From Vicugna vicugna (lineage: Eukaryota), in assembly GCA_013265495.1 (NCBI GenBank), contig MU058844.1:10500184-10564183 (forward strand): a DNA stretch of 64,000 bases, given 5' to 3'. The notes beneath the pieces were generated by a model, which was given only the letters and a program-made list of their open reading frames with translations, was not told the origin of the DNA and ran no database searches. Below are positions 41,182-52,582 of this stretch, piece after piece. How positions within the stretch are numbered: the stretch's first letter is position 1; the number at the start of each line of letters is the position of its first letter. The position numbers and the translations under genes were made by a program.

Positions 41182-41524
41182 CATGCATCTGGGACAAAGG
41201 AAAGACACAGCCCATGTGTAAACCCCTGCCTGTCCCTGTGTCCAGAGTCCAGAGTTTTACAGGATAGTAATAATTCTGGGGAGAGAAAGATGTAGACTGG
41301 GAGCGGGTAAACAGGGCCAGAGGAGAGGTGCTCTCCCCTCCTGGAGGTGAGAGGAAGGAACGTGAGGGGAAGGGTCTGTGTTGGAACAGACTTCGGAAAG
41401 AGTGGGCACCCACTGTTTCGGGTAAGACAGAGGTCCAGAGGGTCTGACGTGCAGTCCTGGGCAGGCTGCTCTCACTGGGGTTGACGTTTGGAGTTCTGTC
41501 GAGGGCCAAATGGATGGACCTCGT

Positions 41525-42237
41525 GTTCATCTTTCCAGGGTGGCCAGCACAAAATACCACCGACTGGGCGACTTAAACAAGACACAGTTACTTCCTCACA
41601 GTTGAGGGCCGGGGGCTGGAAGTGAGGGGCCGGCAGAGCTGGCTTCCTCTGAGGCGTCTCTCCTCAGCTGGCGGAAGGTCGCCCGCCTGCTGCCTCCTCA
41701 CACAGTGTATCCTCTGTGCGCACAAAAACCTCCCGGGATTGCTCGCAGTCCCGATCTCCTTCTCTTATAAGGACAGCAGTCTGACTGGATTAGGGCCCAC
41801 CGTAATGGCTCACTTTAACTTAATCACCTCTTTATTTATTTAAAAAAATTTTTTTAATTGACATATGGTCAGTTTACAATGCTGTGTCAATTTCTGGCGT
41901 ACAGCATAGTAGTTCAGTCATCTATATGCATACACATGTTCCTTTTCATATTCATGTTCATTACAGATTACTACAGGATACTAAGTAATTCCCTGTGCTA
42001 TACAGTAGAGACTTGCTGTTTATCTATTTTATATATAGTAGTTAGTATCTGCAAATCTTGAACTCCCAATTTATCCCTTCCCACCTCCTTCCCCTCCTGG
42101 TAACCATAAGTGTGTTTTCTATGTCTGTTAACCACCTCCTTAAAAGCCATCTCTCTGAATACAGTCACTTTCTGAAGTACTGGGAGTTAGGGCTTCAACA
42201 TGCTAATTTGGGGGGAGGCACAATTCAGTCCATAACA
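41525..42237 (-). mobile_element. MLT1 (MaLR) LTR interrupted by an L1
   Basis: 'acaaaataccaccgactgggcgacttaaacaa...ggattagggcccacc...ggagttagggcttcaaca...cacaattcagtccataaca'. Confidence 0.85.
41835..42127 (-). mobile_element. Truncated L1 3' end nested in MLT1
   Basis: Antisense L1 3'UTR; 15-bp TSD with 2 mismatches: TTAATCACCTCTTTA (41820-34) and TTAACCACCTCCTTA (42128-42). Confidence 0.88.
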
Positions 42238-43544
42238 GGATCCCACTGTGGTCCAGTCTGCCTTAGACTCCTGACCAGAGAATTAGCTGTTAGTTCAGAG
42301 TAAGTATTGACTAGATACGTAGAGATGGTACATCTCTTCCTAAACTCTTGGTGACACCAGAATTTTCAGGGTAAAACATGCAGGCGTGGGTGAAGGGTCC
42401 TGGGGGTGGGAAGGTTAAAGAGGCCCGATGGCTTCTTTCTGGCCACGGGACACATGCAGTGATCATCCTGGCTTAGAGGCAAAGCAAAACTTAATGAGTC
42501 ACTCAGCCCATAAATTACTGTCCTGAGCCTGCCTAATTTGAGTCACCTGAGTCTGCGTTCTGGCGATGAGACGCCAGCCGCCCATGTTTCAGGGAAATGT
42601 GAGAAAATGAGGCGACTGTGACACTGACAGGAAATTAGTCAAGGGCTGATGGTCCGGTTCCCTTTTATAATTTGTAATTCATCTGACATTCTCACATTTG
42701 CTGAAGGAAGCAGTGCTTTCATATTCTGAAATGGGTTCATTTCCCTCTGGATGAAAAAGGAAATTCTTTTCCAGGTTCAAGGAAAACGATGAGTCTCTCA
42801 GGCATTGTGACTCTAAAGAACGTTGTTGTTGGCCTGAGAGTCCGAGGCACGTGGGTCTGGAAGGAGCTCTGCGTGGGCTGGAGGAAGGCGGCGCTGATGG
42901 ACTAGCCTGAGAACCGAGGCTGCGCTTCACCGAAAGTGACGCTGGGAAATCAGTGCCGCACCTCTCTCCTTCCCCAAATTGCCTGAGTGGCTCCGCACCC
43001 TTCCTTCCCTTCCCATTTTGTTCACCCACCTGCAGGATGCTGTCAAGAAGTGTCAGGGGGCGGGGACAAACTTTGTGGAGGTAGGGGGCTGTGAGATCGC
43101 GTGGATTGGTCCAGAGAATTGTGTAGCTAGAATACAGGGTGAGGCTTGAAGGGAGAGTGGGAGGTGGTTGGAAGCAATGCTGAAGAATTAAATGCTCATC
43201 TGTAGGGAAGGGGGAAGAGGGGAGATTTTTAAGAAGCAGAGTGGTGTGACTTGAAGCTGGTCTGCAAACCCTAGCCATTTGTATGTGTAGGGTCTGTGAG
43301 ATACAAAAGTGTTTTACATTTTTAACACGTGTGCTGCCGAAGCCAGTGCAAAAGGTTTGGCGTTTTTAAAGGGTTGGAAAGAAAGGAAGGATGGATGATT
43401 AGCAGACAGAGCATTTAAGGATGCCACAGAGAACAGATTTCCCACAAAGCTCCCAATACTTTGCTTTACAGACAAAGTTTGCTGACACTGGGCTAGATTT
43501 AGAAAGACCAGTTAACCATTAATCAAGTGCTTATTTTATACCAG

Positions 43545-43670
43545 GTTTTAATATCCATTATCTCTAACTTGCAAATCAAGTGGCTTGTCTGGGGCTACGC
43601 AGCTCCCTGAGTGAAGCAGGATTTGAACCCAGGCTGCTGGCTCTAAGGCTGGTGCTTTTTTTTCACTCTG
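43545..43670 (+). mobile_element. MIR fragment
   Basis: 'agtggcttgtc...gcaggatttgaacccaggctgctggctctaaggc'. Confidence 0.6.
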
Positions 43671-46208
43671 TAATGAGAGTGGGAGCAGGTGAGGCTGGAC
43701 TTTGGGAGGTGGTGCTGATGAGGCTTCCGGGATGCTGAAAGCGGTGTAAGATGCAAGTCTGAATGAGGGGTTTGAAGAAACCAGGAGGGACCTCAGAAAC
43801 TCCTCTGCGCTCAGCATCTCCCGGATTTGAGGCGAAGGTGAGAGCAAGGGAAGAGTCCTGTCTGACCCCTCCTCGTCCTGGGCCTTCTCTTCCTTGACAT
43901 TCTCTCCACCAATGCTTTGCTCCTGCTACTAATTTTTAACCGAGCTGCCCGGAGGAGTGAGGAGGGCAGTGGCCCCGGGATGGAGAGACTCCTAGGCCAG
44001 CTCTGGACCTGTCCTCACCGAGGCCCACAACCTGCACACTTGTAGACATTTGAAGCATGAGGGCCACAGCTGAGGAGGCTGTGAGAAGACCAGAACACAT
44101 TAACACCAATGGCAGTGTATTTTGGTGGCAACTTCCAAGAAACCAATTTGGAAAATTCTGGAAACTTACCTTGAGAAAATAGATCATAGTAGATTCATAG
44201 AATAATAAATACATAAATAAAATCTCCACTAAAGTATCCACTGCCATGTAATTTATTTAAAAAATAAGTCACAACTTAAACATTTGATACCAGAGAAAGG
44301 GTTGAATACATTTTGTTTCTCTTCCTGAAGAAAAGCCAGGTGGCCATTAAAAATAAAAATGATAGACTATGTGGCAACGAGAAAAAAGTCTTATTTTTCA
44401 AGAATTTGATGCTAAATTCTATGCACACTGTGATTAAAACTATTTAAAAGGTGATTGTATATGGCCCAAAACAGCCCATTTGTGAAAAACAAAAAAGGTA
44501 CGTAGAGTGATTTTTTTCCCTTCTCTGTGTCCCTTTCTTCCCGCTAAGTTTCTATAATAATAACAAATTATTTTGACAAATTCAGGAATCTAAAGGTATG
44601 TTAATATCTCAGTGCTTGCTACAAAAGCCTGCTTCAAATACACTGCAGAAGCTTGATTTTCTTGGCAATAAATAGGAAGGTGAACAAATGTTTTCAGATA
44701 ATTGAAAGGTGGTGCATACTTTTAAAATTTCCTTTCTAATAGTGTTTTTGGTGAAAAGGAGAAGTGACCGGACATCTGCTGTGTGTGGCCTGAGGTTGTG
44801 CCTTCAGCGTCCCTCCCCTTAGGACAGAAGTATACCAGGGCCACAAAGTGGAAGACGTGTGTGGTTTTTGTCTGCAGTGTCCAGTTTGTCTCCCTGGTAA
44901 CAGCACTTTGATTTTCCTCTGAGGAACTGTCCTCACCCCATCTCTGTGGCTCTTGGGCCGGAACATGACCTAGGCTTGGCCAAAGTGAACACTGCATCGT
45001 GGGGCCACAACAGTGGTTTTAAGGAGGGCATGTGCCCCAGGCGTGTAAGTCGGGTCTGGGAACTTGAGCAACATAATTGTGGAAAGAGCACTCTGCAAAC
45101 GCGCTCAGCCTGAAGAACAGAAGATTGAAGGGGCCGTGGTGGAGACACTGGCACTTGACAATGAAGTAATACTGGGGATAGCTGAGTTGGATGGGGGATT
45201 GGGGGAGAGTGGAGAAAGAGAACGCTGACATGGTTTGAGGCCCTTGATGGAGCTGTTCCTGGATGTAATCATACCTTGAACTTTCTGGATAGATGAGCCA
45301 ACGGTTCATCTCTCTGCCTCTGTCTCTCTTTGTCTCTGTCTTTCTCTCTCTCTCTTCCTCCCCTGCACCCTTTCCCCCACCACCCTTTAATTCCTTAATG
45401 CAGCTTGAATTGGGTTTCTTCCACAGGCCACTCTTAACAATCCTGCCAATGAAGGATGTCAACTCTTGGCTTCATTCCCAGGCCAGAGAAGGTAGGAAAG
45501 GGACCAAGGTAAACTGGACGGCTGAGAAGGAAGCGTGTCCCAACTTGTTCAGTACAAATTCTTTAACCTTGTGTGCACCCTGGCAAGGGCGAGTCCACTT
45601 TGCATAGGGGAAAAGGCTTTGCTGGCAGGACAGTTACTGTCAAAGAAGGCTGAGTGTGGGAACTGTGGGGACGTGTATTGGTGGGGGACCGTGAAGAAAT
45701 CGGTATGGCCGAAATGCAGATGCTAAAATGCAGGTACCTGACAGCCAGACTCAGAACTTTGATCACACGAAGCACCCCACAGTCACCTGGTGTTTGTATT
45801 ACTGCTCCCTCCTGCATAATTATTATTCTGTAGGCTTTGGAAAATTTCTTTGTACATTTAGTATCAGGCTATTTCTCATTTTTATTTTCCTGCTTTTTTT
45901 TTTTAACCTTCTTATTCCAAAATCACCGTCTGACTGCTTTATGGTAAAGATTTGTGTGCAGCTTAAATTCAGTTGCTCAACATCAGAGTCTGCTGCATAT
46001 GTAATAATGATGCGTTGCAGGGAGGGGGTAACAGCAATCATGGTGGGAATTTTCAAATCTCTAAGTCACCTCTCTGCATAAATGGAGTAAGGATGTGATT
46101 TTTATGCATCTGTCTCATCAGGTGTGGCTCAGATAGGAACACCTGAATCCTCTGAGGAAGAAACAAGAGTGGGTAGGAAGTCTATGCAGCTGTTAAAAGG
46201 TTTGCTCA

Positions 46209-46546
46209 TGTTATGAACTGAATGTAATGTCATCCCGAAATTCCTCTGTTGAAATCCTAACACTCAAAGGGATCGTATTAGGAGGTGGGACCTTTGTGGG
46301 TGATTGGGTAAGAGGATGAAACCCTCAAGAATGGGACCGTGCCCTGATAAAAGGGACCCCAGAGAGCCCTTGTCCTTCCCGCTGTGGGAGGACGCAGCAC
46401 GGAGACGACTTCCCACCAGGCAAGGAGTTGGCTGGCGCCTTGGTCCTGGACTTCCCACCCCCAGGACTGTGAGAAATAAATATACGTTGTTTAAATCACC
46501 CTGTATACAGTGTTCTTGCTGATAGCAGCCTGAATGCACCGAGACA
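46209..46546 (+). mobile_element. MLT1A-type MaLR LTR
   Basis: 'tgttatgaactgaatg...tgttgaaatcctaac...tattaggaggtggg...gtgagaaataaat...atagcagcctgaatgcaccgagaca'. Confidence 0.88.
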
Positions 46547-46844
46547 GCGAATGTGTCGGTCACCTTCCTGCTTTTTCTCCAGCCTCACTCCCACCTTGCT
46601 GTGCTCTGCTGTGCTCTGCTGTGTTCGTGCGGGCGGACGCTAAGACCCTGCGGGCTACTCCCTAGACACTCTGGCCGCTGACTCGGATTCAGCTCAGCCG
46701 CAGGGAGGACTGACTGAAGTGGAAGGTGGAAGAGGAGAAAGGACCCTCTTCCTGCTCTTAGCTTCTGTTGGCTTTCCTCTAGCAGGAGTGAGCTGCTCCT
46801 GGCAGTTCAGCATCTCCAGCGTGGAGCCTGTGTGTTGGTCCCAA

Positions 46845-47184
46845 CACCAGTGCCTGCGACGTTTTGGTTGGTCCACTTCTGATTGGTCCACTTCCCTAAC
46901 TTCTGATTGGTCCATGAGCTCCATGCAAATGAAGTACTGATTGGCCTAGTTCTACAAAGCTTGTTCCTGGTTGGTCAACTTCTGTTGTACTTTATTTGCA
47001 TATGATGTTGCAAAGTGTAAAACCGGCAGCCTATAAAAGTCCTGTGTAAACCTACACAGGGGGTCCAGTGCTCGAAGTGTTAAGCTTTTTGGGCCTGGTG
47101 ACGTCATAAGCCAACTCTCTGTATCCAGGTTGCTGTCACAACTTAGCTGTAGTAACGTCCAGCTGTAACACGTTTTTCCGCAAC
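46845..47184 (+). mobile_element. ERV1-like LTR (3' part) with promoter motifs
   Basis: Repeated CTGATTGG units, two octamers, TATAAAA at 47032-38, and a '...gctgtaacac...ccgcaaca' terminus. The 5' boundary is uncertain. Confidence 0.65.
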
Positions 47185-48399
47185 AAACTTATATTTAGAA
47201 CTCTCCAATCGAGTCCTCAGAGTACAGTAGTGCAGGGGCCTTTCCTTTGGCTGTCTCACCTGCTTGGAAGGCGTCCTGCCCTTATCTGACAGGGCAGAAT
47301 AAAACCTGCTGAGGGGCGTATGGCCTGGACAGCTGCCGGAGACCTTATCGTAGGTCAACTTTAAGCCTTGATAAGGTAAATTTTGCCAGAGCCTTGCCCA
47401 CTCACTGACTTGGATGACTGCTACTTGTTCCTTTAGGACTGCCCTCTGATGTTACTGTCTCTCTAGAAACTTCCCTTCACATCTCTTCCCTGACAGGAGG
47501 CTGGGCTCCTCAGGCTCAGATTCTGAGATGAAGGAGTTTGATCGGGGAGTGCTCGTGGGAACAACACCTGTGGAGGGGTGAGGACTGCAGAGGGAGCAGG
47601 TGAACGGCAGCACAGCTGCAGAAGCCTTGTCAACCAGCCTTCTGGGCTTGGACAGCACAGGAGTGAGAAGTAGCTCAGACCACGGAGTGTGGGCTGCCCC
47701 CGGGAGGAGGCATAACCCCAGGTAAGGCAGCTTCTTAGAGGGCAGAGGCTTCTAGAAGCTGCAGGCTGAACGCCTCGGTGCTGACGGGAAGCTGTGGGGG
47801 TTGGGGGTGGGGTGTCACACTGCGGTGTCCACTACAGTCGCTCTGGTGCAAGTCCTCAGGGACTCATGGTAGGTATCTTAGTGTCTGGAGGTACTGCATT
47901 GACATCGCTGTTTGAGACTATGGGCTGTTGGAACCAGCTGTGCCTTACTACATCATTTGGTGTTTATCCAGCATCCATGGTACTCAGTAGGCACCTGGTA
48001 AAGGTTGTTTAGTAGGGGAAAGATATTTTACCTGCTTGACCTTCGGTATGCAAGGAATATAATGCATCATGCTCTCCCTTGAAAGTGGGGTTTCAGGAAT
48101 CTGATTTTTAGTTCCATTCTGGAGGGGCTTCTGTCACTTAGGCTGTGGAGTGTGAAAATCCTGGCGGATGTGTTCTGGGCAAAGCAGAAAGCCTGAGAGT
48201 GCGCCCGATGAATTGATCATAAACCGGGAACAGAGAAACACGTGTTGGGAATGACACAGCCCAGGAAGCCTGCGCTGCAGGCTTCGGTTTTAACTACCTC
48301 CATTTCCCGCATGGCCCAAAGTCAGTAGGCCACTGTCTCACCACTGAGTCAGGTAAGAAAGAGTTAAAAGGCGGCCACATCAACAGGAAATAAAACATT

Positions 48400-48405
48400 T
48401 TTATT
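48400..48405 (-). terminator. Distal polyadenylation signal AATAAA of SYT1
   Basis: Plus-strand tttatt. In the mRNA sense it is followed by GU/U-rich sequence (tcctgttgatgtgg...cttttaactctttctt). Confidence 0.75.
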
Positions 48406-50100
48406 GAATATCCGTGTAATAGGTTAAGTCATTTTTAACAACAATCAGAAAACTACTGTGGAATTCACTACACGAAGTGAAACAAAATTTGAACCACCTC
48501 ATCAAAAATGAAGGTAAAGTACAGCTAGAGTTGTTGGCTCGCGGGTCGCGAGCCGTATGGCAGAAGGGAACACCCCAACGTTTCTACAGGATACAGAGGA
48601 AACCCACACAGAGAAACACTCAAGCAGGCAGTAAATATACACAAAGGCAACTAGGATCTTTCTAGAGCGTCAGATTCTAATACTTGACACAGCTTTGTCA
48701 GAAAGGTACATGTGGCTTATCGGAGGATGAATCTTGGTCTTCAAACAGGTTCGGTCACTGTCTCATGAAAGATGGCCCGGTACCAACTAATTCTATGTGA
48801 CAATATCCCATGTCTGGCAGTGTTGCGAGAGAATGCATTCGTCGTGTTTTAATGCAAGAAATGATGCGTGTTCGGTGGGCTTGAACCTGCTTGATTCTGA
48901 GTGTGTGTTTCAGCATGAGCAACTTGGAGCTGAACATGGTGAAATTACAGGCCAGTTTCCGGTCTTCAAGGAATTTTAAAAAGGTCAATCAACTCTCTCT
49001 CTCTTTGGTATGGTTTGGCCTTTTTAAATTGGAAGGACTTTCATTTGAACCTTCTGTTCAAACTGGTATTTAATCTCACCTAATGACTAGGGCATTTTCT
49101 ATGATCTACCTTTTGAAGAAAGTCTGGACCATCCACAGAAGAGGGTGGTGTTACTGTCCCCTTGGCCTTCGTGTCTGACCCAGTCCTAAAGAGCTTGCTG
49201 TGACTGCTGAAAGGCCAAAGGACTGGCCTCTTCTTTGATTAGGAAAGAACAAGACAGGAGTTCTGGTTTTGTCAGGACGCAGCCAGCCTCGTGTTTGAAG
49301 CTTCCCGTCAGCCCTTTTGGAATTCTCTCTGCGGTTTTTAGAAACATGGCATGATCACCTAAAGTCTGAACGTACGCTAATGCTTAGCTTTCCTCCGTTT
49401 GGTTTTGACAGTTTTGAAGGTAAGTGTTCACTTCAGAGCATCACTACTCTCTGTGGCCTGGGAGTTAAAATGGGTCACAGAAGTGAGCAGGAGAAATGAT
49501 TAGATGCTGCGTGAGATTATAGGCCACCCTTCAGCCGAGTGGCCGTCTACTATAGCGGGGAAAAATGTGGAATATTGCACAGTGCTTGACAAAATGCTGT
49601 GTGTTTCACCCCGTTCTTTGCACCTTTCTTGTCCTATGCATAGCTTTGCAGTTCTGAGTTGGTCCTTTGTAATGAGAACTGTTTATGCTACACACACCTT
49701 GGGCAGTGCAGTAGAAGGGAATGGCAGTATTGTTACAATATCGCTACGGAAGAGATTGAGTGCTATCCACTGAGGAAACTACGTCACGTGTCTAAGCACA
49801 CACACGGCAGTCACAGTGTTACACAGAGCAGTCCTTTGAGACTCTTAAGGAATGACTAGTAGCTTCAATTATAGTGCCATTTACTACATAATAACATTGA
49901 AAACACGTAAAAACGCCTCCTAAATCAAGCATCTAGTGTACAGAAGAGGTTGCTTCAGTTTTCTAGAATTGTTCTTGGTTTGTTTCACCTTTTTTTAAAG
50001 GACAAATTAAAACTTATTTACGTAAAAAGAGCATATAAAAAGATACCACTAGCTGTCTGTCTTGGCTTCATCGAAGTGCATCCAGAGCTATGGCTAATTG

Positions 50101-50106
50101 TTTATT
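50101..50106 (-). terminator. Candidate proximal polyadenylation signal AATAAA in SYT1 3'UTR
   Basis: Canonical hexamer about 1.16 kb after the stop; the downstream GU element is weak. Confidence 0.4.
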
Positions 50107-51264
50107 TTTTTCCTCTTTCGATGGAATCACAATACTGTCTGTTTACCACAAAGTACTTTTGTGTAGTAAGCACAGATAGCTGTGTTAAAAATATTCTGCA
50201 TTCCTTCTAATCTGGCTTCGTGTAATAAAATATTTTGTTACAAAGTCTAATGTGCAAACCTTTTGGAATTATTAGAGGTGTGAAATCTGGAAGAGTATTC
50301 ACCAGATGCCCGTTCGTAGAAAGGTGATAACGGAGAGCTACTTTTTTTCTTTTTAAATGGTCAGGCAATATTTCCAAAATGCCGACTTCTTCCCTCAGCT
50401 TCTTCCCACCCACCCCATCCCCACACGAATGCACACGTACACACACACGTACACACACGCACACACGGAACACCATCATGTTGTTACTCTATGTGCAGTA
50501 ATATGAAATCATTGACTCCTGTTCCCGTTGCTTCCTCGAATGTGAGAGGAAGCCCTGACTTGGGCTTTGCAGATCTGTACAGACAGGTGCTGCTCTGGTT
50601 GGTGGCTATGCTTCCTGGAGGTCAGGCTGAATGCTGCTCAGATCATGCTAATTTGCCTGTGAAGAAATTCTACAAAGTTGGATTCACCCACTGAGTATGT
50701 GGTGGAAGTGTATCTTGGTTGTCATATGACTCAGTAGAAAGCTCAGGTTTAAGTTGTCCTTTAAGATGTCAGCTTCACTGTACTAGTGCCTTATGAGTTG
50801 ATATTTTTGCTGGAATGCAGACGATACTCTATTTACCATATAATATATTATCAGCTCTCCTATATCTCAGTCAATTTACATAGTTTAAAATAGAACATCT
50901 TATTAAAAACATCTAGATATACACAGATTAGGAAACGCTTACAACATACAAATACACAAACTAGAAATAAATCTTCAGCATACTGGTATATACAACGGTG
51001 TTGATACAATAAATAATTTCAGTCATGCTCTATCTACACATCATATTGCTTAAAAGAAGAGTAGGTCTGGAGGGCAGTGGTATGATGAAGGGCTTAGGGG
51101 CTCTCTACGTTTAAATTTGTGCAAATTAAAATGGGATTTGAAGTACCACTGAATTGTGTTAGGAATGCATGGCTGGAAAAAATGGAAGGACCTGTATTAC
51201 TGAGGTATTTACAGATACTGGCTAAAGAGCGCTATGTGGGCAAATACAGAAAGGCTTCTTTCCT

Positions 51265-51495
<231 letters not shown>

Positions 51496-51841
51496 TTAGT
51501 CATCCGGCTCTGAGACAAAGCCCTGCTACCAAGCTTCCTGGAGATCCAAGCAATGGGAAATAAGAACCAGTCTCCAAACACCAGGGCAAGGCTGAAAATG
51601 ACCTGAACAGGAGAAGTGAGTCCAATCCCTGTTGCCACTATTACATCATCACCACCATCAGCTTCAGCTTCAGCATCTTCAAAACACTCAATAAATGTTA
51701 ATTCTGGCACACTTCTAAGTCTTTCGTGTGCACTACTCAGTTACAGTAGATCTTGTTAACACCGCCATTATACAGATAAGATGCCAAAGCTCAGAGGTTA
51801 AATCATCTGCCTGAAGTCACAGACGACATGAATGGTTTCAG

Positions 51842-52084
51842 ATGCTAACTACTAACTCCTATGTATAAAACACTGCAGATACTAACTACTATATATAAAA
51901 TAGGTAAACAACAAGTTTATACTGTAGAGCACAGGAACTATACTCAGTATCTTACAGTGACCTATAATGAATAAGCATATGAAAAGGAATATGTATTTGT
52001 ATATGTGTGACAGAAACAGGCTGGACACCAGAAATTGACACAACATTGTGAACTGACTATACTTCAACTTAAAAAGAAAAGGAA
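51842..52084 (+). mobile_element. 5'-truncated L1 3' end in last SYT1 intron (antisense to gene)
   Basis: L1 3'UTR text; perfect 14-bp TSD ATGAATGGTTTCAG at 51828-41 and 52085-98. Confidence 0.92.
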
Positions 52085-52099
52085 ATGAATGGTTTCAGT

Positions 52100-52223
52100 G
52101 GGGGAGGGTATAGATCAGTGGTAGAGCGCATGCTTAGCATGCACGAGGTCCTGGGTTCAATCTCCAGTACCTCCACTGAAAAAAAAACAAAAACCAAAAC
52201 CTAATTACCTCCACCCTCTCAAA
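52100..52223 (+). mobile_element. tRNA-Ala-derived SINE (vic-1-like)
   Basis: GGGGAGGGTATAGATCAGTGGTAGAGCGCATGCTTAGCATGCACGAGGTCCTGGGTTCAATCTCCAGTACCTCCA followed by an A-rich/ctaattacc tail. Confidence 0.9.
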
Positions 52224-52582
52224 GAGGTTTTCAAAGCAACCATATATTGCAGTTCTGTTTCAGGTTGCATAAAACCAATACAGAATTTTAGCTAATCACA
52301 TGATTATTGTGGGTACAGAATGTGACAATAGAGTGAAGGTCTGAAAAACAGTAACTTAAAAGATAATTTTTCTCATTCATAAAATTCTCTCAATAAATCT
52401 TAAGTTACTGTTGTGTATCCAGCGTTGACATCAAACGGAAATAACCTTTTAGGCCACACAAGATTGCCTACAGTGATTCCATTAGGTTGTGAGAGTTTAT
52501 TTCATGACTTACTTGTTGAACTGGTGAAAGCAAACCCATACCATTTTGACATGAAAGAATCCCTTTTTAAAAGTACATTTTA

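Larger units (their letters stand above)
48380..51264 (-). other. SYT1: SYT1 3'UTR (~2.9 kb)
   Basis: Stretch with no recognisable interspersed repeats running from the stop codon to the AATAAA at 48400-48405. The exact cleavage site is inferred. Confidence 0.8.

Noticed and set aside
42679..43278. 199-aa minus-strand ORF
   Set aside because: No recognisable domain; composition fits a chance ORF in GC-richer DNA.
52101..52175. Functional tRNA-Ala(AGC) gene
   Set aside because: Mutated A box, SINE tail instead of a T-run terminator, and several diverged copies in the window.
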